A stretch of DNA of 60,430 nt, counting the filler, from Squatina squatina (Eukaryota): assembly GCA_031763465.1 (NCBI GenBank). It is 3 parts of 3 records of this genome, joined end to end, with 100 filler letters (N's around TTAATTAATTAA, not from the genome) between each part and the next. Parts side by side here need not be neighbours in the genome. Positions count along the whole stretch, not along the records: positions 23,048 to 47,287 come from JARFOE010000013.1; 2 more parts are not named here. One strand, given 5' to 3'. Positions 35,758-47,387 of the stretch are shown here, in pieces; the first letter of the stretch is position 1; each line of letters starts with the position of its first letter. The notes under the pieces were generated by a model. The model saw only the letters and a list, made by a program, of their open reading frames with translations. It did not search any database and was not told the DNA's origin. A program made the position numbers and the translations under genes.

Positions 35758-36032
35758 CATGGCTGACCACAAAATCTGGACCTTTAGATAGCTCCTGACA
35801 GAATCGCTCATCCACTGGACTTCTTATTGTGTGGATCAGTCTTCAGCTTCTGTGCACTTCCATGGTATGTGGATTCTTTATTGTGGATTTTCTCTACTGT
35901 TGCCTTTAGACCTTGATCTGTCTGTAAGTTTGTTGTGCCTGTCCTATACGTTAAAAATCTTGGGTAGCAAAATCCTTGAAGCTCCATCTCCCTACTTCAA
36001 ATTCACTTGGTTCTGATAACTCTTTTGCTTAG

Positions 36033-36097
36033 CATCCATAGGTCCCGATGGAGTCTGTGATCTTTTTGATGTACAGATTTTGAATTGCCGGTTTTAA
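36033..36097 (+). CDS. E2F5: E2F5 terminal coding exon
   Basis: (A)SIGPDGVCDLFDVQILNCRF*; GVCDLFDVQILN is the E2F5 C-terminus. The exon starts at either 36033 or 36042 (both phase 1). Confidence 0.85.
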
Positions 36098-39000
36098 CCA
36101 GTGTGATCACCATCCCGAGATATCATATCTACCTCTGGACCACCAGTTCAGTCTTCAGAAACTACTTTGTTCCTATTTGTGAAGTTCTGTACAGGATTAT
36201 GGTCAAGACAAAAGTTTGAGGTTTCTGAACTTGTGTCCTTTTACATGTTTAAGTCTTACAAGGACATTTTTTATATAATGGTTCAGTTTGTTTCATAACA
36301 CTGCCATGTATGTAGCACATGATAGAATCTTTTTTTCTTCTAATTGAAGGTGATACTGCCATGGAATAATCTCATTAATGTTGCAACAAAAAAGTATTTA
36401 CTTCACTAATGACTTTCTACTGCCTTTTTTAATAGGGTGGCAGGAAAATTTGATTATTTTTATATACTGCACACTTTTTAAGTGCCTTTTGGTTCTCGCA
36501 CTTTAGGAGAAATTTGTGTCTTGTCATGTACAGGAAAACCTGTCTGTTTAGAACTGACTTGAGTAGTCTCCTAATGTGCTGTTAGTTGATCACAATAGAT
36601 GTTTGTTTCTATAAACAAGTGGTGTTTTTAGACCAATTTCACTGTACTTCTGCTATTCCAGCACACTTTCAGATTGGAGGGGTAGGTGTGTGGGGGTGAA
36701 GGATATCTAATAGTAGTATATGGCCAATTGATCTAACTTAATCCAGCTGTAATGTCTTTCATATCTACAGTATGTACTAAAATCTACTGATGAGTAGCAT
36801 GCACACCAATGTGACTAATCACCGTGCAGATTACAACAAATGGATTGTTTAGTTTTTGGTAGTTTATTGGTAATTATGCAAATAACTTTAAATATACCCT
36901 TTCTCCTCTAACTGTTCAGCGTTCAAATGGATTTATGACACAACTTGGATAATTCCAGTTGGTCTAAAGGTTTGCTTGGGCCAGACTATCTTGTACATCT
37001 CGTGAAATGTTTACAGTATGTATTTTATATCCGAGGATAAAATTGTCCCTTGGAGTGCCTCTAGTGTAGAATTACAAACAAAGTTCTTTGTACTATTCAG
37101 TTTTTATATTGACCAAAGTTTTTTTTTAAAAAGGCACAAAAGATTAAACTGCCATGTCTCTGCTTTTGCCATCCTTTCTTAAAACAAGTCTCTATAGTAA
37201 ACTAAGGGTTACCAGCGTATATTGTTTCTTGCAGTGCTGAACTGAACATCAGTGGAGCAGATTCCTGGAATTTCAGCCCTATGGACGTAGTAATATTTTA
37301 CCAGGTCCTGAAAAAATCCAGATCGTTTGTTACAGCTAATACATTCATATAATCTCCCCAACCTGTCATTTTGCTTTTAATGTCTTCACAGGTCACGCAC
37401 TAATTCCTTTCAGGTGATGGGTAGATCACCTGTCCTCGTTTTCTGTGAAAACTCCGTTAATCTGACCAAAAGGAACTACAAGAGCAGTCCACAGTGACTT
37501 CCCCTCTAAAATGCTCCTTGCCTATGTACCAAGTGACTACATTGTGCAGGCTACCTACTACATTGCAAATTCCCAGGGCTCCACCTTTGAGCACATGTGG
37601 ATGTTACTATTTTCATTTTCAAATCAAGATTACTATAAAGATTGGCTGTAATGTGAGGCAAAAGGAAAAATTAGCTCCCTTCATGAGAGAAATTATCTCA
37701 CATTGTACCAGCATTCCATTTTCTTATTTGTCCTGGATACACCTGTGGTCCCCACTTGCACTTTTCAATTAGCCAATATCGAGCTAATGTCCAGGTCGCT
37801 TACTGCTCAAGAGGTGGAAGCTTCAGGAAATTCAGTATGTGATACCATCCCACCGGTCCTACCTCCTTTTTTGTCAGGCCATCTATGGGACAGACGGAAC
37901 TTCCATCTTCTCCAGTAGAGATTTCCCTGTTCTTTCGGGGCCGGAATTTGGTTGGGGATGTTCCGAATTGGTCGTTGTAATCCTGTGTATTCGGGGTTTC
38001 CTTCAATCTTCCACCAAAGTTACGGGAATGGGAGAACCCCAAAATTCCTTTGCCGTTTGGTGTTTGTTTTATCCCAACATTACACCCTAGGCCCAAAGTA
38101 ATTTTGGACCATTTTCTTTTTAGGTTTGTCATCTCTGACCTATTGCTCATAACTATGAGTATTAAAAAAATTACAAATTAGGGGACTGGGACTGAGAATT
38201 CACCATCATGGTGCAACCCAAAGGTACCTGGAAAGTAACAAGTGCATAAAAGTAAAATTACCTGCCTTTTTGATTTGGATTTTTTTTTTTAAACTTCACC
38301 CTTTAACTCTTTCAAATACTGTCTCTGAAATAGATTTTGAAGCAATCTACATAAGTGTATATCTGAGAAATTTATAATATATTAATCTCAGCTGTAGTAT
38401 GTTGGAGAAGCAACTTCAAACTTAGCACCGTATCAATTCTGGAATCTAAATTGTAAATTTAATAGTTGGAGTACCTAAATAACAGGAAACAACAACTTGC
38501 AACTATGTAGCACCTTTAACATGGAAAATGTCCTGGAGCCTCAGAGGTGTAAGTTTTAAAATGGGTGCTTAACCAAAGATGAGGTTAGGAGTGTTGGCCA
38601 AATATGCAGTTAGAGGTGGCTTTCAAGGAGAAGGCGGTGGCAAGGCAGAGGGGTTTAGAGATGGAATTCCAGAGTGTGGGGCCTTGGTGCCTTCAGGAGA
38701 GGAAGAGATGGGAGAAAATTGAATAAATATATATTGTAGAAATATTACATCATAGTTCATATTGTTGAGTGGATTAACACAAGAAAAAAGGTAGTGAGTG
38801 CATTCACACTTCTTGGCCCGGATTTTGCGATCGGCAGCGTAATTAAGGATTGCGCTGCTGGCAACCAAACTGAATGCGCACTGAATGTTGCGAGGCCCCA
38901 TGTGAAAAGTTGCTGTCAGATGCTGCAGAGTCAGGTGCAGCATAGTGGCCCACAGATCGCAGGAATGCACCCTTTGCGTAACTACCTGNNNNNNNNNNNN

Positions 39001-39864
39001 NNNNNNNNNNNNNNNNNNNNNNNNNNNNNNNNNNNNNNNNNNNNNNNNNNNNNNNNNNNNNNNNNNNNNNNNNNNNNNNNNNNNNNNNACCTTTCTGTCT
39101 TTGGCCTGTTACACTGGTCCACTGAAAGTCAAGCAAGCAAATTTTACAAATGCTGTATTTAAACAAACTATATGCAGGTGCTAGATAAAATCATTCAAGG
39201 TGCCAAATAGTTCTTAATCACTCAGTAAAACTGAACCATCTGTGAACAGAACACAAGTTAGGACAATACTGTATTAACATTGCTTATAAGGCACATAATC
39301 CACTAAGTATACCATCAGCGTGGTTCTCACATTCTTGTAATGCACATATGAATACTACTGGTTATCAAATGCCTGAGCAACAATATTCAAAAGCAGTAAT
39401 ATGAAATGCAGCATTAACGTGCACTGTGGGGATGCGTGTAGGAAAGGACAATGAAAACATTAGCATATGTGCTGTGGGGTCATTGGTGCCAAAAAAGAAA
39501 GGAGGGATGAAAGGTCACCAAAATCTCAGCATACTGGAAGCTAACCTTGAGCTAACGTGGATACTACCCAATCAACTACGTGATGGCTTCAACAATTAAT
39601 GATGAGTTCTGTGTTTGTGAAAAGAGAGAATTTCCTATCTAGCTGGCTATATGGAGTTAGGTTACAGATCAGCCGTGATCTCACTGAATGGCGGAACAGG
39701 CTCGAGGGNNNNNNNNNNNNNNNNNNNNNNNNNNNNNNNNNNNNNNNNNNNNNNNNNNNNNNNNNNNNNNNNNNNNNNNNNNNNNNNNNNNNNNNNNNNN
39801 NNNNNNNNATAGGTAAACTATGAGCAATAATCCAGGCATGTATTTAAAATCACACTGTGGAACT

Positions 39865-40103
39865 CGCCCCACCAGTAACGGCTGAACCTTCAGCTGTCTA
39901 GGCCCATCTCTCTGGAATCCCCTCCCTAAACCTCTCCACCTCACTCTGCTCCCTTAAGACATTCTTTAAAACCTACATTTTTGACCCAGCTTTTGGTCAG
40001 CTGTCCTGTCTCCTTCTTTGGCTCAGTGTCAATTTTTTGTCTGATTTCACTCCTGTTAATGTTTTACTAAATTAAAGGCACTATATAAATGCAAATTGTT
40101 GTT
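39865..40103 (+). mobile_element. L2-clade LINE 3' end
   Basis: ccttcagctgtctaggccc..ctctggaat.ccctccctaaacctctcc...aaaggcactatataaatgcaaattgttgtt. Confidence 0.8.
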
Positions 40104-40880
40104 ATGAGTGGTGAGTATAAAAGTGACTCACTGCTCAGATCATTACTTAAATGTACCTAACATGCATTGCTTGGTGCAGTCTAAAATGGAGTGCAAAAAA
40201 ACATCATTCTATATTTTTTCACGTTAAATGTTCTTCACTGAAGGTGACAAAATCTGTGCAATGTCTATTTTTGCTGTTTCTAATAGTAAGAGCTACATTT
40301 CTAACCCTCCTTCAGAAATGATTTTGTCTTTTGTATGGTCGAACTAAAAGGAGAGCCTTCCTAAAATTAGAGTGGTTGCACATGTGTATCTTGTGTTGAT
40401 GTACACTGATGCCTATTGTTGACCTACAGGGAACTATAGCTGGGAGAATTGAAATCTGAGTGAAGGTTATTTGTGTGAACATCTGCCTAGAACACTGCAG
40501 TGTCACAGCAAGCTGCAATCCTGGAAAATTATTGAGGCCCGAGAGTCAATGTCTGCTACAGCAGAGAAAGATCATTTGCTTCTCAAAAATTTGCTTCTCC
40601 CGTGCAATCAATTTTAACGCCACCTTCCCCCAGAACAACACCTACTAAAGGTTTTGATAGCAGCTGGTACTGTCCTTTGTTCCCATTTAATCAGATTAAG
40701 CTTGTAATCTTGATTGTTAACTTCACAGTAGCAAATAAATTAAATATTTCACTTAAAGGGGCAGTATATTTATGACTATGNNNNNNNNNNNNNNNNNNNN
40801 NNNNNNNNNNNNNNNNNNNNNNNNNNNNNNNNNNNNNNNNNNNNNNNNNNNNNNNNNNNNNNNNNNNNNNNNNNNNNNNN

Positions 40881-41283
40881 GGCAATGCCTCAATTTTAAA
40901 TTTTAAAATTCTCATCCTCCATAGCCTCGCCCCTCCCTATCTCTGTAACTTCCTGCAGTCCTTAAATCTTTGAGATCTCTGCCCTCCTCCTATTCTAGCA
41001 TCTTGCACATCCCCAATTTTAATTGCTCCACCATTCACAGCTGTGATTTCAGTTGCCTTGGCCCTATGCCCTGGAATTCCCTTCCTATACTTCTCCGCCT
41101 CTCTACCTCTCTCTCATTCTCTAAGATGCTCCTTAAAACCGACCTCTGACAAGGGTTTTGATCATCTGTACTGATATCGTTTTCTGTGCCTCGATGTCAA
41201 ATTTTGATTCATTACACTCTTGTGAAGCACCTTGGGATGTTTTGCTACGTTAAAGGTGCTATATAAATGCAAGTTGTTGTTGT
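40881..41283 (+). mobile_element. L2-clade LINE 3' end
   Basis: Colinear with 26880-27292; (gtt)n tail. Confidence 0.85.
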
Positions 41284-44200
41284 TTCCAATTTACTGGTAT
41301 TTCCACATAGTTCCTTGCAAATCTCCTCACTAGTCTCTCTTAACACCCTGGAATAAATACCATCTGTTATTGGGGGTTTATTTGTTTAAGTCTCTTCAAG
41401 CTTATCTAGGATTTCCATCTCATTTATATCAAATTCATGAATTTTGCCTTGGCACTCATTTTTGAGGCGAGGATGTTGTTCACATCTTCCCCTCTGAACA
41501 TCTTTTAAAGATTTGTTACAACTCCAAGGGATCCAGATATATTTAATTATCGTATGGAATTAAGATGAAAGGTTAAAATCCAAATGTAGTTTTGTCCTCT
41601 TTGAGCAACATATTGGGGATAATTTTCAACTTTGGCAGAGGTACAAAACTGGCAGTATCAAATTGACAACCCTGCCCAATTTTCCTTTGCATTGATTCAT
41701 AGGATCATAGAAATCTACAGCACAGAAGGAGGCCATTCAGTCCATTGTGTCCACGCCAGCTGACAAAGAGCTATCTTGACTTTAATGCAAGAAAACATTA
41801 CAAGTAATAAACCAGTGTCATTGCAAAATAAAACATTAGCTTTGCCTCATTCACCTAAAGCAAGAGGAGACAAGCCTGTATTTCATATGTTCTAATTATG
41901 AAAGGAAATTACTTGCTGTCTGCCAGGTGAAGAATTCTTAACTAAGGGGTGAATTCCAAAGGTAACAATCATCAATTACTGTGACCATTCAATGTTATAA
42001 CTCAGCCGCTGAAATAATAGTGTTAATTTTCAGGCTTTAAAGCCAAACAATGGCCTTCAGTTAATTAAACATATTGGTTGAGATTTTTCCATTTACGTAT
42101 TAATCTGCCACTAGTGTGGCGGAACGTGACTTATACCCACTTGACAGATGGACTCTGACCGTACTGAATTTCCCCATGCGCAGTACACTGGCTGTTGTGG
42201 CTTGCAACCAATCTGCGTTGTCTGAGCCCTGATAGCTCCCCCCCATCCCCCACACTTCACTATTCAGAAATACCACTTAATTTAACTCATATTGGGCGGG
42301 GTCTGGTAGGTTTTCCGCCTGTGCTTGGGAGCTCACCACCCAAGGGTTGTGATGGAAAATTCCTGTTGCTGCTGTACTCTGGCACTTGGAGCAGCTTAAA
42401 GGGGCCATCTGCCTCCAGGCTGGAAGAAACACTCAGCATCTTCAAAATGCCACATGAAGTACAGGTAGGGGAGTGCAAATTGATCGCTGCGCACTTGATT
42501 GNNNNNNNNNNNNNNNNNNNNNNNNNNNNNNNNNNNNNNNNNNNNNNNNNNNNNNNNNNNNNNNNNNNNNNNNNNNNNNNNNNNNNNNNNNNNNNNNNNN
42601 NTGGGTCACTTTGTCTGTATGAAAGCAAGCTAAATTGCCAAAATAAGAAGCAACATATTTGTATGTGTCAGCATCAGCATTTCCTGTGTATAGCTGGCTC
42701 TGAATGCAGTTGCTCATTAACATCGTGGTGCTCCCATTGTGTCTTTGTTCTGATTCTGATTGATAGTTCTGCAGCCAGAAACTTCCTGAACGTGGGAATA
42801 AATGTGACAAGCTGTCACTGGTTACTTAGTTCAATTCATGGAGTTCATTCTCCACTACCATATGCCTAAGAAAGTGTGCAAAGCAGGACTCCGTGGATCT
42901 TGAAGTGCCTTTAGTAATGTACTTCCAAAATACAGTTACTAGGGCTCTGGAAAAGGACTATGAATCTCAATAATCATTTGTTCTGTTGCACTCTGCAAAC
43001 AATAACAACTTGTATTTATCTGGTGCTTTTAATATCCCAAGATGGTTCACAAATTAACAGGAAGAGAGAGATTAGGGGGAGTGACTTAAATATAGGCCAA
43101 GAAGATGGATTTTAACCAATTAATGTACCAGTGAAAATTAAATAGGCTAGAATTTCTGCTCCAGTCTAGTATATTGGGATGGAGAATGACTTCAGGTGTT
43201 GCTCCTCCAAGTCCACCCTTTATCCCCTGCTACTTCTGGAATATTCTGGCAGAAATGACAGGGAACATACAATATGTCCACATGCATAAGGATGGGCATA
43301 TTGTAATGCTACGTAGATAAAGGAAATTCACTATCCAATGTATTTTTCATCATTTACATTACAGCATTTTTGGGTGCTTGACAGGTTCTGGCCATCTAGC
43401 ATTGCAAAGGCGGCAGAGCGGGCTGCTTAAATTTTCAAGGGCCTCAAAGCCTATGCAATCAACCAGAGGGCAAANNNNNNNNNNNNNNNNNNNNNNNNNN
43501 NNNNNNNNNNNNNNNNNNNNNNNNNNNNNNNNNNNNNNNNNNNNNNNNNNNNNNNNNNNNNNNNNNNNNNNNNNGTCAAATCAGCTTGCACGCTGATTGA
43601 ACGCATGAACTGCCTGCTCTGCAAAGTTCCAGTGGATGTTAGCTGTGCATGTGCTAACGTCCTCATTAATATAGTGTCCAGCATGATTTGTCCCACAACA
43701 GTATATTGGTACCCAGACGGTAGCCATAACATAAAAACAATGGGTGCTACCGATTCCAATTTTGGGCCAATAAACTTTGAAGTAGTTTGCACATGATGCA
43801 AAGTACCGTGGAAATATATTTGGACTACTGCTTATATTTTAATATCAACTCATACATGTTTTATAAAATTGTCACCACAATATAATTCTCTAAGCTTCTG
43901 CTTATTTCCACATTCATTTTTAGCTTACCAGTTTCAAACAAATTAAACTTTTCCGACATGCTTTTGCTGCAAATATATCTGGTAACTGATGCTGCCCTTA
44001 AACTAAGATGGTTGAATACACATTTATTAATACTAAAGGTTGCATAAAGAGGCTCTAAAGGAAAAGCCTTTTTCCTAGAATCAACAAAGGGGCCACAAAC
44101 CAATTTAGCAAAGTATCCAAATGTATATCCAGCAGGGTTAGAATCTCCATAGCCACCAAAATTTATATTCATCACTGAACTTAATTAATACAGATGTCCT

Positions 44201-45289
44201 TTCCCCACAACTTTCTTAGTCCCTAATTAATTAATATCATGAGCAATAGGACAAAATTGCTCCATTGTTTCTTGAGAATTCAGGTTCAGTTTGTCACACT
44301 TGAGAAATTCAGGATTCAATGAGCCAGAATGAGTGAGGACTGCTTCTCATTGCTGCCTTTCCTTGTACTGTTCATCATTTCTTTTTGCTATTACTGGGAG
44401 GGAAAAAAGAAACTTCAAAGGGCATTGTCTCCACTGACCCATTTCATCTTGGAGAACAGTATAAATTATTGTCCATGTATATTTAAGGTCAAACAACTTG
44501 TCAGCCTCTGAAAGAGCTTGAAGATCACGGATCAACATGACCTAGTTTCAGACACCGCTTTTCGAGAGACTCTGCAAATGTGACACAATTTACATGTAGC
44601 TATGGGGTACACTTCATTAAACAAATCTCACAACACAGGATCCTATTTCTTCTGCTTGCATACCCATCAGTTCTTTCTTCCATACATTCCCACTAGGTTT
44701 AATACAATGGTATCTAGCCTGTGTGTAATATGAAAGGTATTCCTCCTTGAAAGGAACATAAGCCTACTTTGAACAGGCAATTTAATTTTAATATTTCGCC
44801 CCCAGAATAAAATGATGAATTATTGAATTGAGTTTCCAATATAGATTTGGATTGCATGGATCNNNNNNNNNNNNNNNNNNNNNNNNNNNNNNNNNNNNNN
44901 NNNNNNNNNNNNNNNNNNNNNNNNNNNNNNNNNNNNNNNNNNNNNNNNNNNNNNNNNNNNNNATAAAAATCAAAGAGTGACGTCACTGGAAAGCAGATAA
45001 GTGAGTATTTCTCATCTATTCTCTTCTCTTTTTCTCTCTATAAAACGAGGGGGTTATTAAGCTAAGAGCTGGGAAAATATTTTTTTAATTCAGTCGGGGC
45101 AAATATACATTGTTCATATTTTTTAATGTATCAAATAGGTTTAAATTAGGAGTGTGGGCTAAGTTACAGTAAAGACCTTAGGCCTATAGCTACATTTAAT
45201 AAATTAAACAAGGTTAGCACCTAGATTAAAAACTATAAATTGACCTTTGAGTGATATTTCAATACGTGAAAACCTAATTAATAAACATA

Positions 45290-45598
45290 GAAGTGGCAGG
45301 GCAGAGGATGTGTTGCAGCTATAGCATGTGGGAGCTGCTGGACACCAGTCTGATTCAGGGTGACCACATCTGCAGCTCGAGGAACTTCGGCTCAAAGTTG
45401 ATGAACTGGAGTCGAAGCTGCAGACATTGTGATGCATCAGGGATGGAGAAAGTTACCTGGACACTTGGCTCCAGGAAGCAGTCACACCCCTTAGGTTAAG
45501 TACTTCAGATTTGGCCCGTGGTCAGGGACAGGAAGGTGCGACGACGAGTGAGGCAGGTATGGGAATCTAGAAAGTAGCACTGGACTTGGCCAACAGTT
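45290..45598 (+). mobile_element. CR1 ORF1 N-terminus (zinc finger / leucine zipper), decayed
   Basis: MCCSYSMWELLDTSLIQGDHIC..QLEELRLKVDELESKLQTL*CIRDGESYLD...EAVTP. Confidence 0.75.
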
Positions 45599-45836
45599 NN
45601 NNNNNNNNNNNNNNNNNNNNNNNNNNNNNNNNNNNNNNNNNNNNNNNNNNNNNNNNNNNNNNNNNNNNNNNNNNNNNNNNNNNNNNNNNNNNNNNNNNGG
45701 GTCGCTCGGGAGTAGTAACGGTATGATGCAGAGTGCCAGGGTGTCGCTGCCTGGCCTGCAGTGTGCGATCGCAGGCTGAGCAGAGCTGGGACTGCACCGG
45801 CCACAGGCAGCTCGTTGACTGCAGCATGTCCGAGTG

Positions 45837-46063
45837 ATGGGCTGCGGGACGAGTAAAGTGCTGCCAGAGCCGCCGAGGAACTGCTACGTGGATTTTGTGA
45901 AGACGGTGGTGAAGGGCAAGCCGAAGGTGTACGATGAGGGGCCGCTGACAGCCCGATCCAAGCGGCTGGGCAATGGGCAAAGCGACGGCGGCTGCCCCGA
46001 TGGAGCCAGGAGAACCAAAGTGGCCAAGTACAGAGCCAAGTTTGACCCGAAAGTGACAGCAAG
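45837..46063 (+). CDS. PSKH2: Protein serine kinase H, first coding exon (probably PSKH2)
   Basis: MGCGTSKVLPEPP...KVAKYRAKFDPKVTAR; donor |gtaact. PSKH family is secure. PSKH2 is preferred over PSKH1 because of linkage to E2F5/LRRCC1 and the phase-2 intron in the Arg before YDIK (recalled PSKH2 gene structure). Confidence 0.75.
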
Positions 46064-47082
46064 GTAACTGACACAGTGGACAAGCAATTCTGAACTCATT
46101 CCCAACTTCGTGTTGAGGTTTATAACACCGTTCTAACTTTAGATTTCCCCAATAGCTTTCTTTGTTTTGCTGAGCAACCTTTGCGATTGTTTTATCAATA
46201 AAATTACCGCACAGTTGCAATCGTTTGCTNNNNNNNNNNNNNNNNNNNNNNNNNNNNNNNNNNNNNNNNNNNNNNNNNNNNNNNNNNNNNNNNNNNNNNN
46301 NNNNNNNNNNNNNNNNNNNNNNNNNNNNNAGGGAGAGGCAAGTGGAATCTATTTGGGGCCAAATTGGCTCCAAGGTGACATACCTAGTGATAGAATATTG
46401 AAGCTAGATCAAATGTTAGTGGCAGGCTTGTTGATTCAGCACACAAGATAGACAGATTCACAGTACTTCATGATATTGTTTACAGTTGATCAGCCAATGA
46501 ACAATTAAAAATTATAATTTATGTTGAGACGCAAATGCCTCAAACTTCATAAAAGTGAACCTGTGATCTGGCACTCCCAGTGGGCAGTAATGCTGACAGG
46601 GAGTATATTTTGGAAAATAAAGAAGTGATCTTCTTTGCCTCTAAATTAATTTGCATATTTTCTTAGCAGTGCAATATGAGCTGCAATGTATGTTGTAGGT
46701 TAACAAGTGCTCTCCATTTGGTACTTGACATACTGACTTAATGACTGATCTGTTTTTCCAATAACATGCACACTGATTGAATAGGTAAATGTAGTCAGTC
46801 GGGATTAAACTTAGGTATTAAAATAGTTATAACTATTATTAAACAAATAGATTTCTTAACAGAAACTATGTAAAACTTGTATCTTTGACTTTGTTATTGC
46901 CATCTTACATATTCTATTACACCTAGTGATCTAATAGCACAAACATAGCTCGACTTGTTTGCGTCAGACTTAAACCTCAGTGGTATCTTGCCATTTGGAA
47001 TTTTGAAACTACTGCATTTTAAAGGCATTCTATCTATATCGGTGACCAATCTTGATAAATCTGTACTGTTCGTCTTCATCAG

Positions 47083-47287
47083 GTATGACATCAAGGCCCT
47101 TATTGGAAGAGGAAGCTTCAGCAGGGTGGTGAGAGTTGAACACAGAGCCACCAAACAGCCCTTTGCCATCAAAATGATTGAGACCAAGGCTAAAGAAGGA
47201 AAGGAGGTGTGTGAGTCAGAGCTTAATGTGCTTAGGAGGGTCAGCCATCGCAATATCATCCAGCTGATCGAGGTCTTTGAGACCCAA
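47083..47287 (+). CDS. PSKH2: PSKH kinase domain N-lobe, truncated by scaffold end
   Basis: catcag| acceptor; YDIKALIGRGSFSRVVRVEHRATKQPFAIKMIET...CESELNVLRRVSHRNIIQLIEVFETQ includes the Gly loop, catalytic Lys and alphaC Glu. Confidence 0.78.
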
Positions 47288-47387
47288 NNNNNNNNNNNNN
47301 NNNNNNNNNNNNNNNNNNNNNNNNNNNNNNNTTAATTAATTAANNNNNNNNNNNNNNNNNNNNNNNNNNNNNNNNNNNNNNNNNNNN
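47288..47387. other. Artificial scaffold linker (44 N + TTAATTAATTAA + 44 N)
   Basis: Identical to 22948-23047; cuts through the kinase exon. Confidence 0.97.

Noticed and set aside
31828-36097. Alternative call E2F4
   Set aside because: [29 protein letters not shown] and adjacency to LRRCC1 fit E2F5.
43575-44175. Overlapping open frames between E2F5 and PSKH as possible carbonic anhydrase or RBIS exons
   Set aside because: No CA motifs (QSPIDI, QFHFHWG, GSEH) or RBIS-like sequence were recognised.
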